A stretch of DNA of 64,000 nt from Shigella phage SH-1. The position numbers and the translations under genes are program-made. The notes beneath the pieces are model-generated. The model had not been told where the DNA came from and made no database searches. It saw only the letters and a program-made list of their open reading frames with translations. The DNA is taken from sequence record PQ642266, one strand, 5' to 3'. Positions 30,297 to 39,055 of the stretch are shown piece after piece (position 1 is the first letter of the stretch; the number at the start of each line of letters is the position of its first letter).

Positions 30297-31043
30297 TTAT
30301 CCTCGGATAAGTTTAAAAATTGAACAATTTAGCGGGTATCCTCTTTTCAGTTTAAGTTTATCAATAAAAGACAAGTTTTGATACCGCTCTACACCTTGAA
30401 TAATTTTATCACACATATCATATTGCATTTCTGCTTCTGACAACTTTTTCACAGTTTTCCAATCCGAGCCTTTAAGAAGAACGTTCAATTTAACAACTTC
30501 AGCGCCTTCTGCTATATGAGAACCATCAATACGAGCTTTAAGTGCTATAATCGTTAGCTTAACGTCAGAAGTTTGTTTTGATTTAGAAAGCTGAGAAATG
30601 TGCTCAATTCGATTTTCACGTTTTTTCTGTATAGCTTTAATTTGATTATAAGTCTTTTTGATTTTAGCCCATTTCTTTTCATCTAAATTTAGTTTATGAA
30701 CTTTTTTCGCAGATGAACGACCAATTCGCAAAGCAAATAAATCACGCTTTTCAATCAACTCTTCTAAAGTATAATCAGAACGAAATGTATTATACTTTTT
30801 CTTTACTGCAATAACATTCCCTTTAATATATCCAACGTTATTATCAAAACGTTCTAATGATAATTTCTCTCCTTCAATACGATTATCAAAAGGTTCTCCC
30901 GAGTAAGCGCAAACTTTCTGATCTAAAATGTTCTTAATGTAATTGAAGTCTAAGTTAAAATCTTTAGAACGTCTTTTAGCGGATGCCTGAGTGTGCTCTA
31001 GACGACGTGTAATTTTACGAATTTGATTTTTAGACAGTTTCAT
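30297..31043 (-). CDS. srd: Srd-like protein (248 aa)
   Basis: Basic 248 aa protein between modA and dda.1; size and position of T4 srd; identity not verified. Confidence 0.5.
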   Translation of the reverse strand: MKLSKNQIRKITRRLEHTQASAKRRSKDFNLDFNYIKNILDQKVCAYSGEPFDNRIEGEKLSLERFDNNVGYIKGNVIAVKKKYNTFRSDYTLEELIEKRDLFALRIGRSSAKKVHKLNLDEKKWAKIKKTYNQIKAIQKKRENRIEHISQLSKSKQTSDVKLTIIALKARIDGSHIAEGAEVVKLNVLLKGSDWKTVKKLSEAEMQYDMCDKIIQGVERYQNLSFIDKLKLKRGYPLNCSIFKLIRG

Positions 31044-31072
31044 ATTTTTCTCACGGATGGTTAACTACTTAT

Positions 31073-31102
31073 ACTATAACATTTTTACTTCAGCTTGTAA
31101 AC
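31073..31102 (-). promoter_or_regulatory. sigma70-type early promoter
   Basis: Minus strand GTTTACA, 17 bp, TATAGT. Confidence 0.55.
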
Positions 31103-31158
31103 AACTTTATGAAAAATGCTTTAAAACTTTCATGGTATAATGAATCTAAGTCCTTCCA

Positions 31159-31761
31159 TTATAGATTAAATCCTTCAAAGTCAAGAGTATAGATAGTGTA
31201 TGTTGAATGCTTTTTATACTCATATCTATCCGCAATTCTAAATACACTTCCAGCTGGTATCATTACTTCTTGTTCATCTGAAACTAATTCCATATTACGA
31301 TAGCGATGGCTATCCGGAAACTTAAAACTTGGACTATATTCTTTACAGCGTAGAGCTTTTATAGCATACTCCTGGAAATTAAATACCATAGGAGCTTTGA
31401 ATTCAAAAATAACTTGTGTGTTGTATTCTAATCCAGAAGCAAAATGCAGAGCTATATTTTTATCATATGAAGCTGATACTACTTTATCGAATGTAATAAT
31501 ATCAATTCCTTGATTTAACACCTGTTTAGTCTCAACTGGAACACCTCTCCAAAGAGGTTTATCGTTTGGTTCCAAACGAGATTTGATTATTTCATTTAAC
31601 CAAGAATGATCGTCTGGCTTATTAGTAATACAATGAATTAAAAGTTCAATTTCAGATAAATTAAATCCTTCAGAAAGTAATTCTTCACGAATAGAAGCAC
31701 GCACCGATGCATCCATTGATTTGATTTTAAAATCTTTTAATTGCATTGCTGAATATTTCAT
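31159..31761 (-). CDS. modA: ADP-ribosyltransferase ModA
   Basis: 200 aa; R (LWRG), S-x-S (SAS) and E (EQEVMIP) ART motifs. Confidence 0.8.
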   Translation of the reverse strand: MKYSAMQLKDFKIKSMDASVRASIREELLSEGFNLSEIELLIHCITNKPDDHSWLNEIIKSRLEPNDKPLWRGVPVETKQVLNQGIDIITFDKVVSASYDKNIALHFASGLEYNTQVIFEFKAPMVFNFQEYAIKALRCKEYSPSFKFPDSHRYRNMELVSDEQEVMIPAGSVFRIADRYEYKKHSTYTIYTLDFEGFNL

Positions 31762-32381
31762 TCAACTACCTCAATATCATACACTTTAAATGTTCCAAAC
31801 GAATCGTGTAATTTTTCTTTTGAAATAGAAGTTATTTTATACTTTCCAATTGGAATCATCCATTCTTGTTCACGCACAATCATCATTAAGTTATCAGTAC
31901 GTTCTGAATCTAATCCATCAGTATCTTCATATGTATACTTAAACTCAGTATTAGGAGAAGAAAGTATAATATCGCTGATATGGTCAGAGTAATTAAAAGC
32001 TTTATCAGTTTTTAAGCGAAGTACTATTTCAGTGAAATATTCAGCATAGGAAAAAGAACACGCTGTATGCAAACTAGTAGTAAATGAATCTACTCTGTTC
32101 GTTGAAAACACTTCTCCAACTTGTAAATCTTTAATGAGTTCTTTTGTCGATTTTGATATACCACGATATAACTGATAAGGTGATTCAGTTAAATGCTTTT
32201 TAATGATTTTATTCAACTGCCGATGAAGAGCTTCATTCTTTTTGGCTTCCATACATTGCCAAAGAATTGACTGTTCAAAGTCAGTAAATTTTTCACAGAC
32301 CTTTTTATACATATCATATTGAAAATCGACACTTTCAGCTTTTATAGATAACTGTTCAACATCTGCGAGATTAATAATCAT
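31758..32381 (-). CDS. modB: ADP-ribosyltransferase ModB
   Basis: 207 aa from ATG at 32381 (GGAGG upstream); R (YRG), STS-like and E (EQEWMIP) motifs. Confidence 0.75.
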   Translation of the reverse strand: MIINLADVEQLSIKAESVDFQYDMYKKVCEKFTDFEQSILWQCMEAKKNEALHRQLNKIIKKHLTESPYQLYRGISKSTKELIKDLQVGEVFSTNRVDSFTTSLHTACSFSYAEYFTEIVLRLKTDKAFNYSDHISDIILSSPNTEFKYTYEDTDGLDSERTDNLMMIVREQEWMIPIGKYKITSISKEKLHDSFGTFKVYDIEVVE

Positions 32382-32407
32382 GATAGCCTCCATATACTTC
32401 AGAAGCT

Positions 32408-32437
32408 ATCATATCATTGTTAGGAAGGAAAGTAAAC
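32408..32437 (-). promoter_or_regulatory. sigma70-type early promoter
   Basis: Minus strand GTTTAC, 18 bp, TATGAT. Confidence 0.5.
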
Positions 32438-32448
32438 AACTTTTTGAA

Positions 32449-32631
32449 TTATTTTGCCCAGGGAGCCCAGGGCGGAGGGTCAAGATGGTATGAAGCTAGT
32501 TCTTCTAGAAGAGCATCTGGGGCTTCAATTCCATAATTCTGTAATACTATACGGTACTCTTTCTTATAATCACTAGAATCATTCTGGATATTCGTAGAAT
32601 GATTATCTTCTAACATCTCAAATAAATCCAT
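32449..32631 (-). CDS. hypothetical protein (60 aa)
   Basis: Track ORF with ATG start. Confidence 0.4.
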   Translation of the reverse strand: MDLFEMLEDNHSTNIQNDSSDYKKEYRIVLQNYGIEAPDALLEELASYHLDPPPWAPWAK

Positions 32632-32639
32632 ATTAATTC

Positions 32640-33110
32640 CTAGCGATAAAAACCAAAATAACGATTAGCTTCAATAATTTTTCTTTCTTCTTCGGACATT
32701 CTCCAGCGCAGTCCAACATCAAAATGAGCCCAGACCATCTTAACAAATGCATTTATATCTTTAATATCTTCAATAATGAATGTTTTACTTTTAGAAGGTT
32801 GACTCGCTAATTTAACTTTATCATCTTCAAACAGGTCAAAAAGACCATATTCATGAGCTCTTTTATAGCCTTTAATAGTTAAAGCTTCAGAAGAAGAAAA
32901 TGGTGAATCAGTATTCTGCAAAATATCTTCAGTATGCTTTATAATTAGAATAACATTTTCTGGATATTTTCTTTCTTTTATATCTTTAATTAAAATATCC
33001 GGATTTTCTGCTAAAGGAATAATTAATGAGCACTTTTTGTCAAGTGTATTTACCGATTTACCTTCTTTAGACATAAATTCTATTGAATAATGTTTTGCTA
33101 CTTCAATCAT
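32640..33110 (-). CDS. hypothetical protein (156 aa)
   Basis: Track ORF; could correspond to T4 mrh by position, not verified. Confidence 0.5.
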   Translation of the reverse strand: MIEVAKHYSIEFMSKEGKSVNTLDKKCSLIIPLAENPDILIKDIKERKYPENVILIIKHTEDILQNTDSPFSSSEALTIKGYKRAHEYGLFDLFEDDKVKLASQPSKSKTFIIEDIKDINAFVKMVWAHFDVGLRWRMSEEERKIIEANRYFGFYR

Positions 33111-33263
33111 GTGATTTCCTCTTGCCTACTAATGGGCCGTCAGGAATTTTGTTTTCCTGGATATATTTCTCATTTTCTTCCATCATTTTACTGCCAATTT
33201 TAAGAAGCAAATCCAATGCTTCATTTGCTTTAGCCTTGGCCTCTTCTAGCGTCATATCTCTGT

Positions 33264-33467
33264 TCACGATTTATCCCCATAGATGTCTCTCATCAATTTA
33301 AGCGCTGAGCGTTCTAATTTCTTTTCTTTCTCAACGCTAATCATTGATTTCATCCATTCTTCTGATTCGTTCTGCATTTCTTTATTTGCTTGTTCAACCC
33401 AACCATCATCAATGTACATTGAGTTTGGTCTATTGAACCATTCAAACATTTTCTTCAGAACTTTCAT
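33264..33467 (-). CDS. hypothetical protein (67 aa)
   Basis: Track ORF. Confidence 0.4.
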   Translation of the reverse strand: MKVLKKMFEWFNRPNSMYIDDGWVEQANKEMQNESEEWMKSMISVEKEKKLERSALKLMRDIYGDKS

Positions 33468-33939
33468 TTGTTTTACCTAAAACAACAGTAGGAGCATCAT
33501 CAAATTCATGAATTTTTAGCAAATTTGGATGTAAACTATTCCACACAGAAGAAATAAAGTATGATAAAGCATCTTCGTCCACAATTATAAATTTATTTCC
33601 TTTATCTATTTTCCAACTATATACTGAATCGTACGAATAAAAAGATAAAGGTTCATCATTATATTTTTCTGTGTTAACATTAATGTATTCTGATTTAGTA
33701 AATGCTTCAATTGCTCTAAACGGAATATTTGGTACAGTTTCAATAATACCAATCTTTTTAAGTTTTATTTCAGCATCTTCTGGAACTGGCATTGAAACAA
33801 AATTTTCTACGAGATACATTGGGTCACAATAACCCTTATCAATCATTACTGCTACTGTAATTGGAATATCTTTAGCAAACGCCATGCTATCACTGCTAAT
33901 ATACATTTCAAACAAAATCGCTTCCATAATTTTCCTCAA
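33442..33939 (-). CDS. hypothetical protein (165 aa)
   Basis: Track ORF. Confidence 0.5.
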   Translation of the reverse strand: MRKIMEAILFEMYISSDSMAFAKDIPITVAVMIDKGYCDPMYLVENFVSMPVPEDAEIKLKKIGIIETVPNIPFRAIEAFTKSEYINVNTEKYNDEPLSFYSYDSVYSWKIDKGNKFIIVDEDALSYFISSVWNSLHPNLLKIHEFDDAPTVVLGKTNESSEENV

Positions 33940-34268
33940 TCACAAGATGTAGATGAACAACTAGAATCACAAGAACTTCCACACGAATCGCCCGTCCATA
34001 CATGAACAGGAACATTAGTGTCATATGAATCAGAACTAGACTGCGTATTAGATGATGTAGTAGGTGTTGACCAGCGCCAAGGATTTTTATAATATTCTTG
34101 GGCTTCTTCATAAGTCATAGTAACTGCTTCTACTGTTCCATCTCCCATATAAACATATTCAACTACAGTTAAAGGAAGGTAGTCATTTGAAATAGGAACT
34201 ACACCTTCTCCGGGAGTTGTAGAGAAAAAATCCGTAAAGAAACTTTTAAACCAATTAAAGATAAACAT
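33936..34268 (-). CDS. hypothetical protein with Cys/Ser-rich C-terminal tail (110 aa)
   Basis: C-terminus [18 protein letters not shown]. Confidence 0.5.
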   Translation of the reverse strand: MFIFNWFKSFFTDFFSTTPGEGVVPISNDYLPLTVVEYVYMGDGTVEAVTMTYEEAQEYYKNPWRWSTPTTSSNTQSSSDSYDTNVPVHVWTGDSCGSSCDSSCSSTSCD

Positions 34269-34474
34269 TACAAAAAGCCTCTCTTGAATTCAACTTGCTT
34301 CTCGCCATAATCATATCGAATCTCTGCATTAAATTCGACAGAACCATCTGCGTACATCATAAATGAATGCACAACAACTTCTGTAGACCATGGCTGCAGT
34401 TCATATTTCTTCATTACATGCCGTGAAATGATAATATCTAAATCTTCATTTGGTTTAATCCAACGATTTAACAT
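34268..34474 (-). CDS. hypothetical protein (68 aa)
   Basis: Track ORF. Confidence 0.45.
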   Translation of the reverse strand: MLNRWIKPNEDLDIIISRHVMKKYELQPWSTEVVVHSFMMYADGSVEFNAEIRYDYGEKQVEFKRGFL

Positions 34475-34538
34475 AGTGCTCTCCTCTATAAGATAATTCT
34501 ATTATACCATACTCATTTTGGAAAGTAAACCAGTAAAA

Positions 34539-34566
34539 TGAAAAAAGGACTCCCGGAGGAGTCCTT
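34539..34566 (-). terminator. intrinsic terminator downstream of soc
   Basis: Minus strand AAGGACTCC-TCCG-GGAGTCCTT hairpin followed by TTTTTT. Confidence 0.7.
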
Positions 34567-34570
34567 GAAT

Positions 34571-34816
34571 TTATTCACCAGTTACTTTCCACAAATCTTC
34601 GTTTGCAGTAATCCATTCAGTACGTTGATTTTCTTCATATACTGTAGAATATGCTGCTTTTTCTGAAGGGAATGTCTGGTAATGAGAGCCAGAAATTTTG
34701 TGAACGTCAGAATAAAGAGGGAAAGCTACAGAAATTTCCTTTCCTTCAATTTTCTTATTTCCATCTAATTTTTGCTCAAATGTTTTGATATTAACATAAC
34801 CGCGAGTACTAGCCAT
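34571..34816 (-). CDS. soc: small outer capsid protein Soc
   Basis: 81 aa; MASTRGYVNIKTFEQKLDGNKKIEGKEISVAFPLYSDVHKISG... matches T4 Soc. Confidence 0.9.
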   Translation of the reverse strand: MASTRGYVNIKTFEQKLDGNKKIEGKEISVAFPLYSDVHKISGSHYQTFPSEKAAYSTVYEENQRTEWITANEDLWKVTGE

Positions 34817-34832
34817 GTAATTCTCCTTTTAT

Positions 34833-35042
34833 TTAAATTACATGACTATTTATAATAAATTCTTGCGGAACGCTAAAATATCCAATTTTAGTTAATATAA
34901 CAACATCACCGTTAATAACTACCGGAGAATAATCGGCTGGAGCATTAAACTTCCAATGAGCTCTAATATTATATCCATCAGAACCAAATGCTCGACTAGC
35001 CGGTCTCCCGGCTTTTTGCCATGCATAAAAATCAAATTTCAT
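34833..35042 (-). CDS. hypothetical protein (69 aa)
   Basis: Track ORF with ATG start. Confidence 0.45.
   Translation of the reverse strand: MKFDFYAWQKAGRPASRAFGSDGYNIRAHWKFNAPADYSPVVINGDVVILTKIGYFSVPQEFIINSHVI
34847..34854 (-). promoter_or_regulatory. T4-type late promoter (TATAAATA) for soc
   Basis: Minus strand TATAAATA about 30 nt upstream of soc ATG. Confidence 0.65.
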
Positions 35043-35239
35043 TTTGAATGCTCTATAATTAATTTTAAGGCTTCTTCATGCACCTTACCTAATTGTATAT
35101 GTCCAGTTTTAATTGTGTAAGCTTTGTGGAGCTGATTAGATAAGAGCTCACATACGAGCTCCTTGTCATAATTTTTAAATAGCTGGTCAATACGTTTCTT
35201 GTGGGCTTTCTTAAGCTGGCGTTTATTTAAACGAGCCAT
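35039..35239 (-). CDS. hypothetical basic protein (66 aa)
   Basis: Track ORF with ATG start. Confidence 0.45.
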   Translation of the reverse strand: MARLNKRQLKKAHKKRIDQLFKNYDKELVCELLSNQLHKAYTIKTGHIQLGKVHEEALKLIIEHSK

Positions 35240-35757
35240 TAATAACCTCGGTCTTGACGAGCGAAGTTTTCAGCATTTTTCAGATAATAAAGTTTAAAGA
35301 TTTCTTCAGCCGTAAGACCAAGACCTTGGAACATGTTCAGAACGAAATGAAGAATATCAATCATTTCGAATTTAATTTCCAACTGGTCTTGTGGAGACAA
35401 ATCAGTAATTAGAGTTTCACGGCGTTCACCATGCTGTGACTTCCAAGGCTTCCATACAGCAGATGCATCTTTTTCACCATTGCTCATACCGCCAAGAGAT
35501 GTCAGAAGTTCACGGAATTCATCATCAATGTAATCTTTCTGATTACGCAGCCAATCAACAACTTCGCCTGCAGTAGCCAAATCATCAGGATGACGGTTAT
35601 ATTCAGGTTTATCTTTAGCTAAACGAACCTGCAAAGATTTCTGCATATCAAGCATAACTTGCAGTGGGTCTTTTTCGTCACCGAGAATATCCCAGTATTC
35701 ATTTTGAGCTTTATCAGCGCCTTCGATCAGTTGCGAACATTCATTAAAGTAAGCCAT
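35239..35757 (-). CDS. 56: dCTPase / dCTP pyrophosphatase gp56
   Basis: 172 aa from MAYFNECSQLIEGADKAQNEYWDILGDEKDPLQVMLDMQ...; matches T4 gp56; track ORF extends upstream. Confidence 0.85.
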   Translation of the reverse strand: MAYFNECSQLIEGADKAQNEYWDILGDEKDPLQVMLDMQKSLQVRLAKDKPEYNRHPDDLATAGEVVDWLRNQKDYIDDEFRELLTSLGGMSNGEKDASAVWKPWKSQHGERRETLITDLSPQDQLEIKFEMIDILHFVLNMFQGLGLTAEEIFKLYYLKNAENFARQDRGY

Positions 35758-35791
35758 TATTTTTCCTTTCAATTCATGGGTTAGTAGATTA

Positions 35792-35817
35792 ATTATACAA
35801 TAAATATATAAAGCAAT
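35792..35817 (-). promoter_or_regulatory. MotA-dependent middle promoter for gene 56
   Basis: Minus strand TTGCTTTA (MotA box) then 11-12 bp then TATAAT. Confidence 0.5.
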
Positions 35818-35828
35818 AAGGAGGACAT

Positions 35829-36029
35829 ATGGTACAAAAATTAATGGCACTTGTTAATGCCATAAAAGGTAATAAAAAACGTATAGCTTTTACTATTTCT
35901 GCTATGGTAGGAATTTTACTTTGGAATTTTGTTTTATCACCAATTGCTATTGCTCATGGTGTTAATATTCCAGTAATTACTCTTGATACATTCGTAGATT
36001 TAGCATTTGCTTTAGTTGGGTTAATTTAA
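35829..36029 (+). CDS. hypothetical small membrane protein (66 aa), opposite strand to flanking early genes
   Basis: AAGGAGG 4 nt upstream of ATG; two hydrophobic segments; fills the gap between gene 56 promoter and gene 61 stop. Confidence 0.35.
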   Translation: MVQKLMALVNAIKGNKKRIAFTISAMVGILLWNFVLSPIAIAHGVNIPVITLDTFVDLAFALVGLI

Positions 36030-37054
36030 ATCTTAGCATATTTAGATAGCCGCATTTTAGCCATCAACCCCTGGGCAATATTATTTTTCATATATTCCAT
36101 AATTTGTTCAGGGGTTGCACCTTCCTTTCTAATCATATCATTAACATCTTTTGATTTCCAGGGAGATTTGTCCCAAAACATAACCCTTTCTCCTGCATCA
36201 ACTAATTTAGTCATTCGTTTAATAGTGTCAGGATGACGAGGTTCATTATCTAAAACCCACACACGTCTATCTTTAAATGGAACAATTTCTAGGTCTAATT
36301 GACCACCTGTAATAGCTATACCATTTTCAATAAAAAGTGAATCTATAGGTCCTTCTAGAACATATACATCACCATCTTTAACTCGTTCAACGCCATAGAT
36401 TTTTGTTGCTTCAGGATAAGCTTTGATGGTGATATATTTTTGAGGAGCATCTTTCTTTAATGCACGTCCTTGAAAAGACTCAGCTTTTCCATTAGCATTA
36501 TAAATTGGAATAACAAGACGAGGCTCAGGTATTTCCTTTTTGTATGTTCCTGGTGCTATACTATTAACTAATTTAGGCCATTCGGTTGTAAACCAAAGAT
36601 ATTTCCATTTATCCTTTGGAATACAACGAGCTTTTACATATTTTATAATTGGATGGTCTTCCGCCAGTTTATCTAATCTAATGCATGACGGAAGAGATTT
36701 AATTATTTTCTTCTCAGGTTGTTTAGGAAGTTCTTTAGGTTTTTCTACTGGACGACTTTTACCTTTTTCTTTTCTTATTTCAAAGATATACTCACGATAT
36801 AAATCAGGTTCAAACTCCTTTAAATATATTCCGATTGGTGCATGATAGTTGCAGTTATAACAATGAATATTTCCTTCATTATTATCGCCGTAATACCATC
36901 CACGGGCTTTATTTTTGTCGGTTTTTGAATCTCCACAAACAGGGCATCTAAACCGTAATTTAAAAGTTGAACTATTATTTACTTGTGTGAATTTAGGTAA
37001 ATGAGCTAATGCACGATATGCAAACTCATTATCAATCCAAGGTATTGATGGCAT
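36026..37054 (-). CDS. 61: DNA primase gp61
   Basis: 342 aa; zinc ribbon CPVCGDSK...CYNCNYH; matches T4 gp61. Confidence 0.9.
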   Translation of the reverse strand: MPSIPWIDNEFAYRALAHLPKFTQVNNSSTFKLRFRCPVCGDSKTDKNKARGWYYGDNNEGNIHCYNCNYHAPIGIYLKEFEPDLYREYIFEIRKEKGKSRPVEKPKELPKQPEKKIIKSLPSCIRLDKLAEDHPIIKYVKARCIPKDKWKYLWFTTEWPKLVNSIAPGTYKKEIPEPRLVIPIYNANGKAESFQGRALKKDAPQKYITIKAYPEATKIYGVERVKDGDVYVLEGPIDSLFIENGIAITGGQLDLEIVPFKDRRVWVLDNEPRHPDTIKRMTKLVDAGERVMFWDKSPWKSKDVNDMIRKEGATPEQIMEYMKNNIAQGLMAKMRLSKYAKI

Positions 37055-37056
37055 TT

Positions 37057-37221
37057 TTACTCTTCTTTTTCTTTAGATTCCTCTTTTTTCTTTTTAGGAA
37101 TCTGTTCAGGACCTTTATTTACTACAGCGCCTGACGTTGTTCCAGTAGAGATATTTTCAGGATTACCACCTGAATCTCCAGCTACCATATCTTCTTTAAT
37201 AAATTCTTTATATGTTTTCAT
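37057..37221 (-). CDS. hypothetical small protein (54 aa), 61.1 position
   Basis: MKTYKEFIKEDMVAGDSGGNPENISTGTTSGAVVNKGPEQIPKKKKEESKEKEE. Confidence 0.4.
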   Translation of the reverse strand: MKTYKEFIKEDMVAGDSGGNPENISTGTTSGAVVNKGPEQIPKKKKEESKEKEE

Positions 37222-37222
37222 A

Positions 37223-37579
37223 TTAACCTCTATTCATAAAAGCATTAAAAATTTGGTCATCAATCGATGGAATAGCAACCTTTTCGGCATCATTTAGCAA
37301 ATCATTAATTTCATCAGATAGCATAACGCATGTACCTTTATTTCCTGTAATTGTTACTGCGCAATTACGAACGTTTTCTTTATCAAATTTTAGGTTAATA
37401 TTTTCGTAGTGAAAATCCTTTAATGCCGAATATATCTTTAAAATGAAATTGTCTTTTACTACAATAAACCCAACTTCACTATTAAAACGTGGTTCATGGA
37501 AACTGTAATAAACCTTTTCATCTATAAAATCGTATGAAATTTTTTCCATTTTTAAATATGAAAATTCAGAACTATACAT
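37223..37579 (-). CDS. hypothetical protein (118 aa)
   Basis: Track ORF with ATG start. Confidence 0.5.
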   Translation of the reverse strand: MYSSEFSYLKMEKISYDFIDEKVYYSFHEPRFNSEVGFIVVKDNFILKIYSALKDFHYENINLKFDKENVRNCAVTITGNKGTCVMLSDEINDLLNDAEKVAIPSIDDQIFNAFMNRG

Positions 37580-37591
37580 ACTAACCTCTAA

Positions 37592-37885
37592 TTACTCACC
37601 TACCACTTCAGCGATGATATTTTTATTATTGAAGTTTTTATCACAATACAGAACGTAATTATACTGCATTACACCACCAGACTTAAGCTGTTTTTGCACT
37701 TCAGCTTTCATTTCAGGACGATCACGCTCAACGATATTCATAATATCCGCTTCAATTTGAGTTTCAACTTCAGTCTGATCTGCAGTCATAGACCATTCAC
37801 ACAAGTCTTTATCATAACCTGCCATAGCAGGCTGAGCAGCGCAAGAAGATAAAGCAAAAATTGCAGCAAAGATAAATTTTTTCAT
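37592..37885 (-). CDS. sp: periplasmic protein, Spackle-like
   Basis: 97 aa with signal peptide MKKFIFAAIFALSSCAAQPAMA; size and position of T4 sp. Confidence 0.6.
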   Translation of the reverse strand: MKKFIFAAIFALSSCAAQPAMAGYDKDLCEWSMTADQTEVETQIEADIMNIVERDRPEMKAEVQKQLKSGGVMQYNYVLYCDKNFNNKNIIAEVVGE

Positions 37886-37988
37886 GATAATCTCCTCAGT
37901 AGTTTATGTTTATAGTATCTCAATTTTCAACAAAAGTAAACACTAGTAGAAGCAAACAGACAAATTGCAATAATTGGTGATTTCAGTT

Positions 37989-38183
37989 TCATTCTTCTCC
38001 TCCTTCATGTTGATGAACATATTCTTTTTCAAGTCTAGAGCACAAGTTTTCATATTCAACTAATAAAAATGAATCAAGTGCGTTATTTCTATGCTGACAC
38101 CGTTCTTGTAAAGAATCCATCTCTGAGCGTTGTTCTTGTGTTAATAATTGATAACCTGATACTTTAGACATTTTGTTCTCCAT
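37989..38183 (-). CDS. hypothetical protein (64 aa)
   Basis: Track ORF. Confidence 0.45.
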   Translation of the reverse strand: MENKMSKVSGYQLLTQEQRSEMDSLQERCQHRNNALDSFLLVEYENLCSRLEKEYVHQHEGGEE

Positions 38184-38235
38184 TTACTCGTTTGTTTTGA
38201 TAGGTCTATAATAACATGTTTAAAACAAAAGTAAA

Positions 38236-38490
38236 CTATTTTATTTCCTCAAGTTCGTTAATCAATAAAAGTTCTCTGACGCTAAAAACAAAGAAAAATG
38301 TGTTCCCATCAACAAGAGCATGACCGCTAATAGAACACCCTCTGCGGAATTTAGAAACTTCACAATCTAGAACTGTAAAGGGTTTTAATCCTATGACTTT
38401 AGCTGTGCGTCTATTCAGTTCACAACCACTCGCGAATTTTTCCAAATCTTCTTCTGATTTAAACTGATATTCTCTATTAACTAGCATCAT
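38236..38490 (-). CDS. hypothetical protein (84 aa)
   Basis: Track ORF. Confidence 0.5.
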   Translation of the reverse strand: MMLVNREYQFKSEEDLEKFASGCELNRRTAKVIGLKPFTVLDCEVSKFRRGCSISGHALVDGNTFFFVFSVRELLLINELEEIK

Positions 38491-38508
38491 TTTCTTTTCT
38501 CCGCGATT

Positions 38509-38549
38509 AGCTGATAGAATTACTATAACACAACTCTATCAGCTTGTAA
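38509..38549 (-). promoter_or_regulatory. early promoter whose -10 lies between 9-bp inverted repeats
   Basis: Minus strand GTTTACA, 16 bp, TATAGT; arms gctgataga / tctatcagc. Confidence 0.5.
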
Positions 38550-38553
38550 ACTA

Positions 38554-38853
38554 CTATTTTAAAACTTCTGTATAATCACATGTTACAAACTGTTTCTCTA
38601 ACTTGACGATTTTACGAAAGTATCTTTTGCATTGGCGAATCTGCCGCTTTGTAGGGCGCACAGCAAATTTAATAAATTCCACTCGACCAAATGGAGGACT
38701 TTCTTCTGCTGGAATATCTAACACCAATTCCCACGTATCTGCAACAAGTGCTTTGAATTGAGTATTTTTCCTGACATTATACGGAGTAGGTTTAAATAAA
38801 ACAATATGCATATTATCCTCGGCAATCCACTTCACATACTTTCTTGTCATCAA
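38554..38853 (-). CDS. hypothetical protein (99 aa)
   Basis: Track ORF. Confidence 0.5.
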   Translation of the reverse strand: MMTRKYVKWIAEDNMHIVLFKPTPYNVRKNTQFKALVADTWELVLDIPAEESPPFGRVEFIKFAVRPTKRQIRQCKRYFRKIVKLEKQFVTCDYTEVLK

Positions 38854-38995
38854 TGAAAGCTTTAACTAATGCTTTATTAACTTCAGCATATTGAGTAGTA
38901 GCCCATTGAACGTCATCTTTCATCATTGTGATTTCTTTAGTAAACATGCTTTCATTCTTAAACCACCCCATAAAAACTACCTTTACCAATTCCAT
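38813..38995 (-). CDS. dmd: Dmd-like antitoxin (inhibitor of host RnlA/LsoA)
   Basis: 60 aa ORF immediately downstream of gene 41, size and position of T4 dmd. Confidence 0.6.
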   Translation of the reverse strand: MELVKVVFMGWFKNESMFTKEITMMKDDVQWATTQYAEVNKALVKAFIDDKKVCEVDCRG

Positions 38996-39013
38996 AAAAA
39001 TCTCCTCATTTAA

Positions 39014-39055
39014 CCGACAAGACTACTATACCATAGTCTTGTCGGCTTGTAAACT
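39014..39055 (-). promoter_or_regulatory. early promoter with -10 inside the loop of a 12-bp perfect inverted repeat
   Basis: Minus strand GTTTACA then ccgacaagacta-TGgTATAG-tagtcttgtcgg. Confidence 0.55.
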
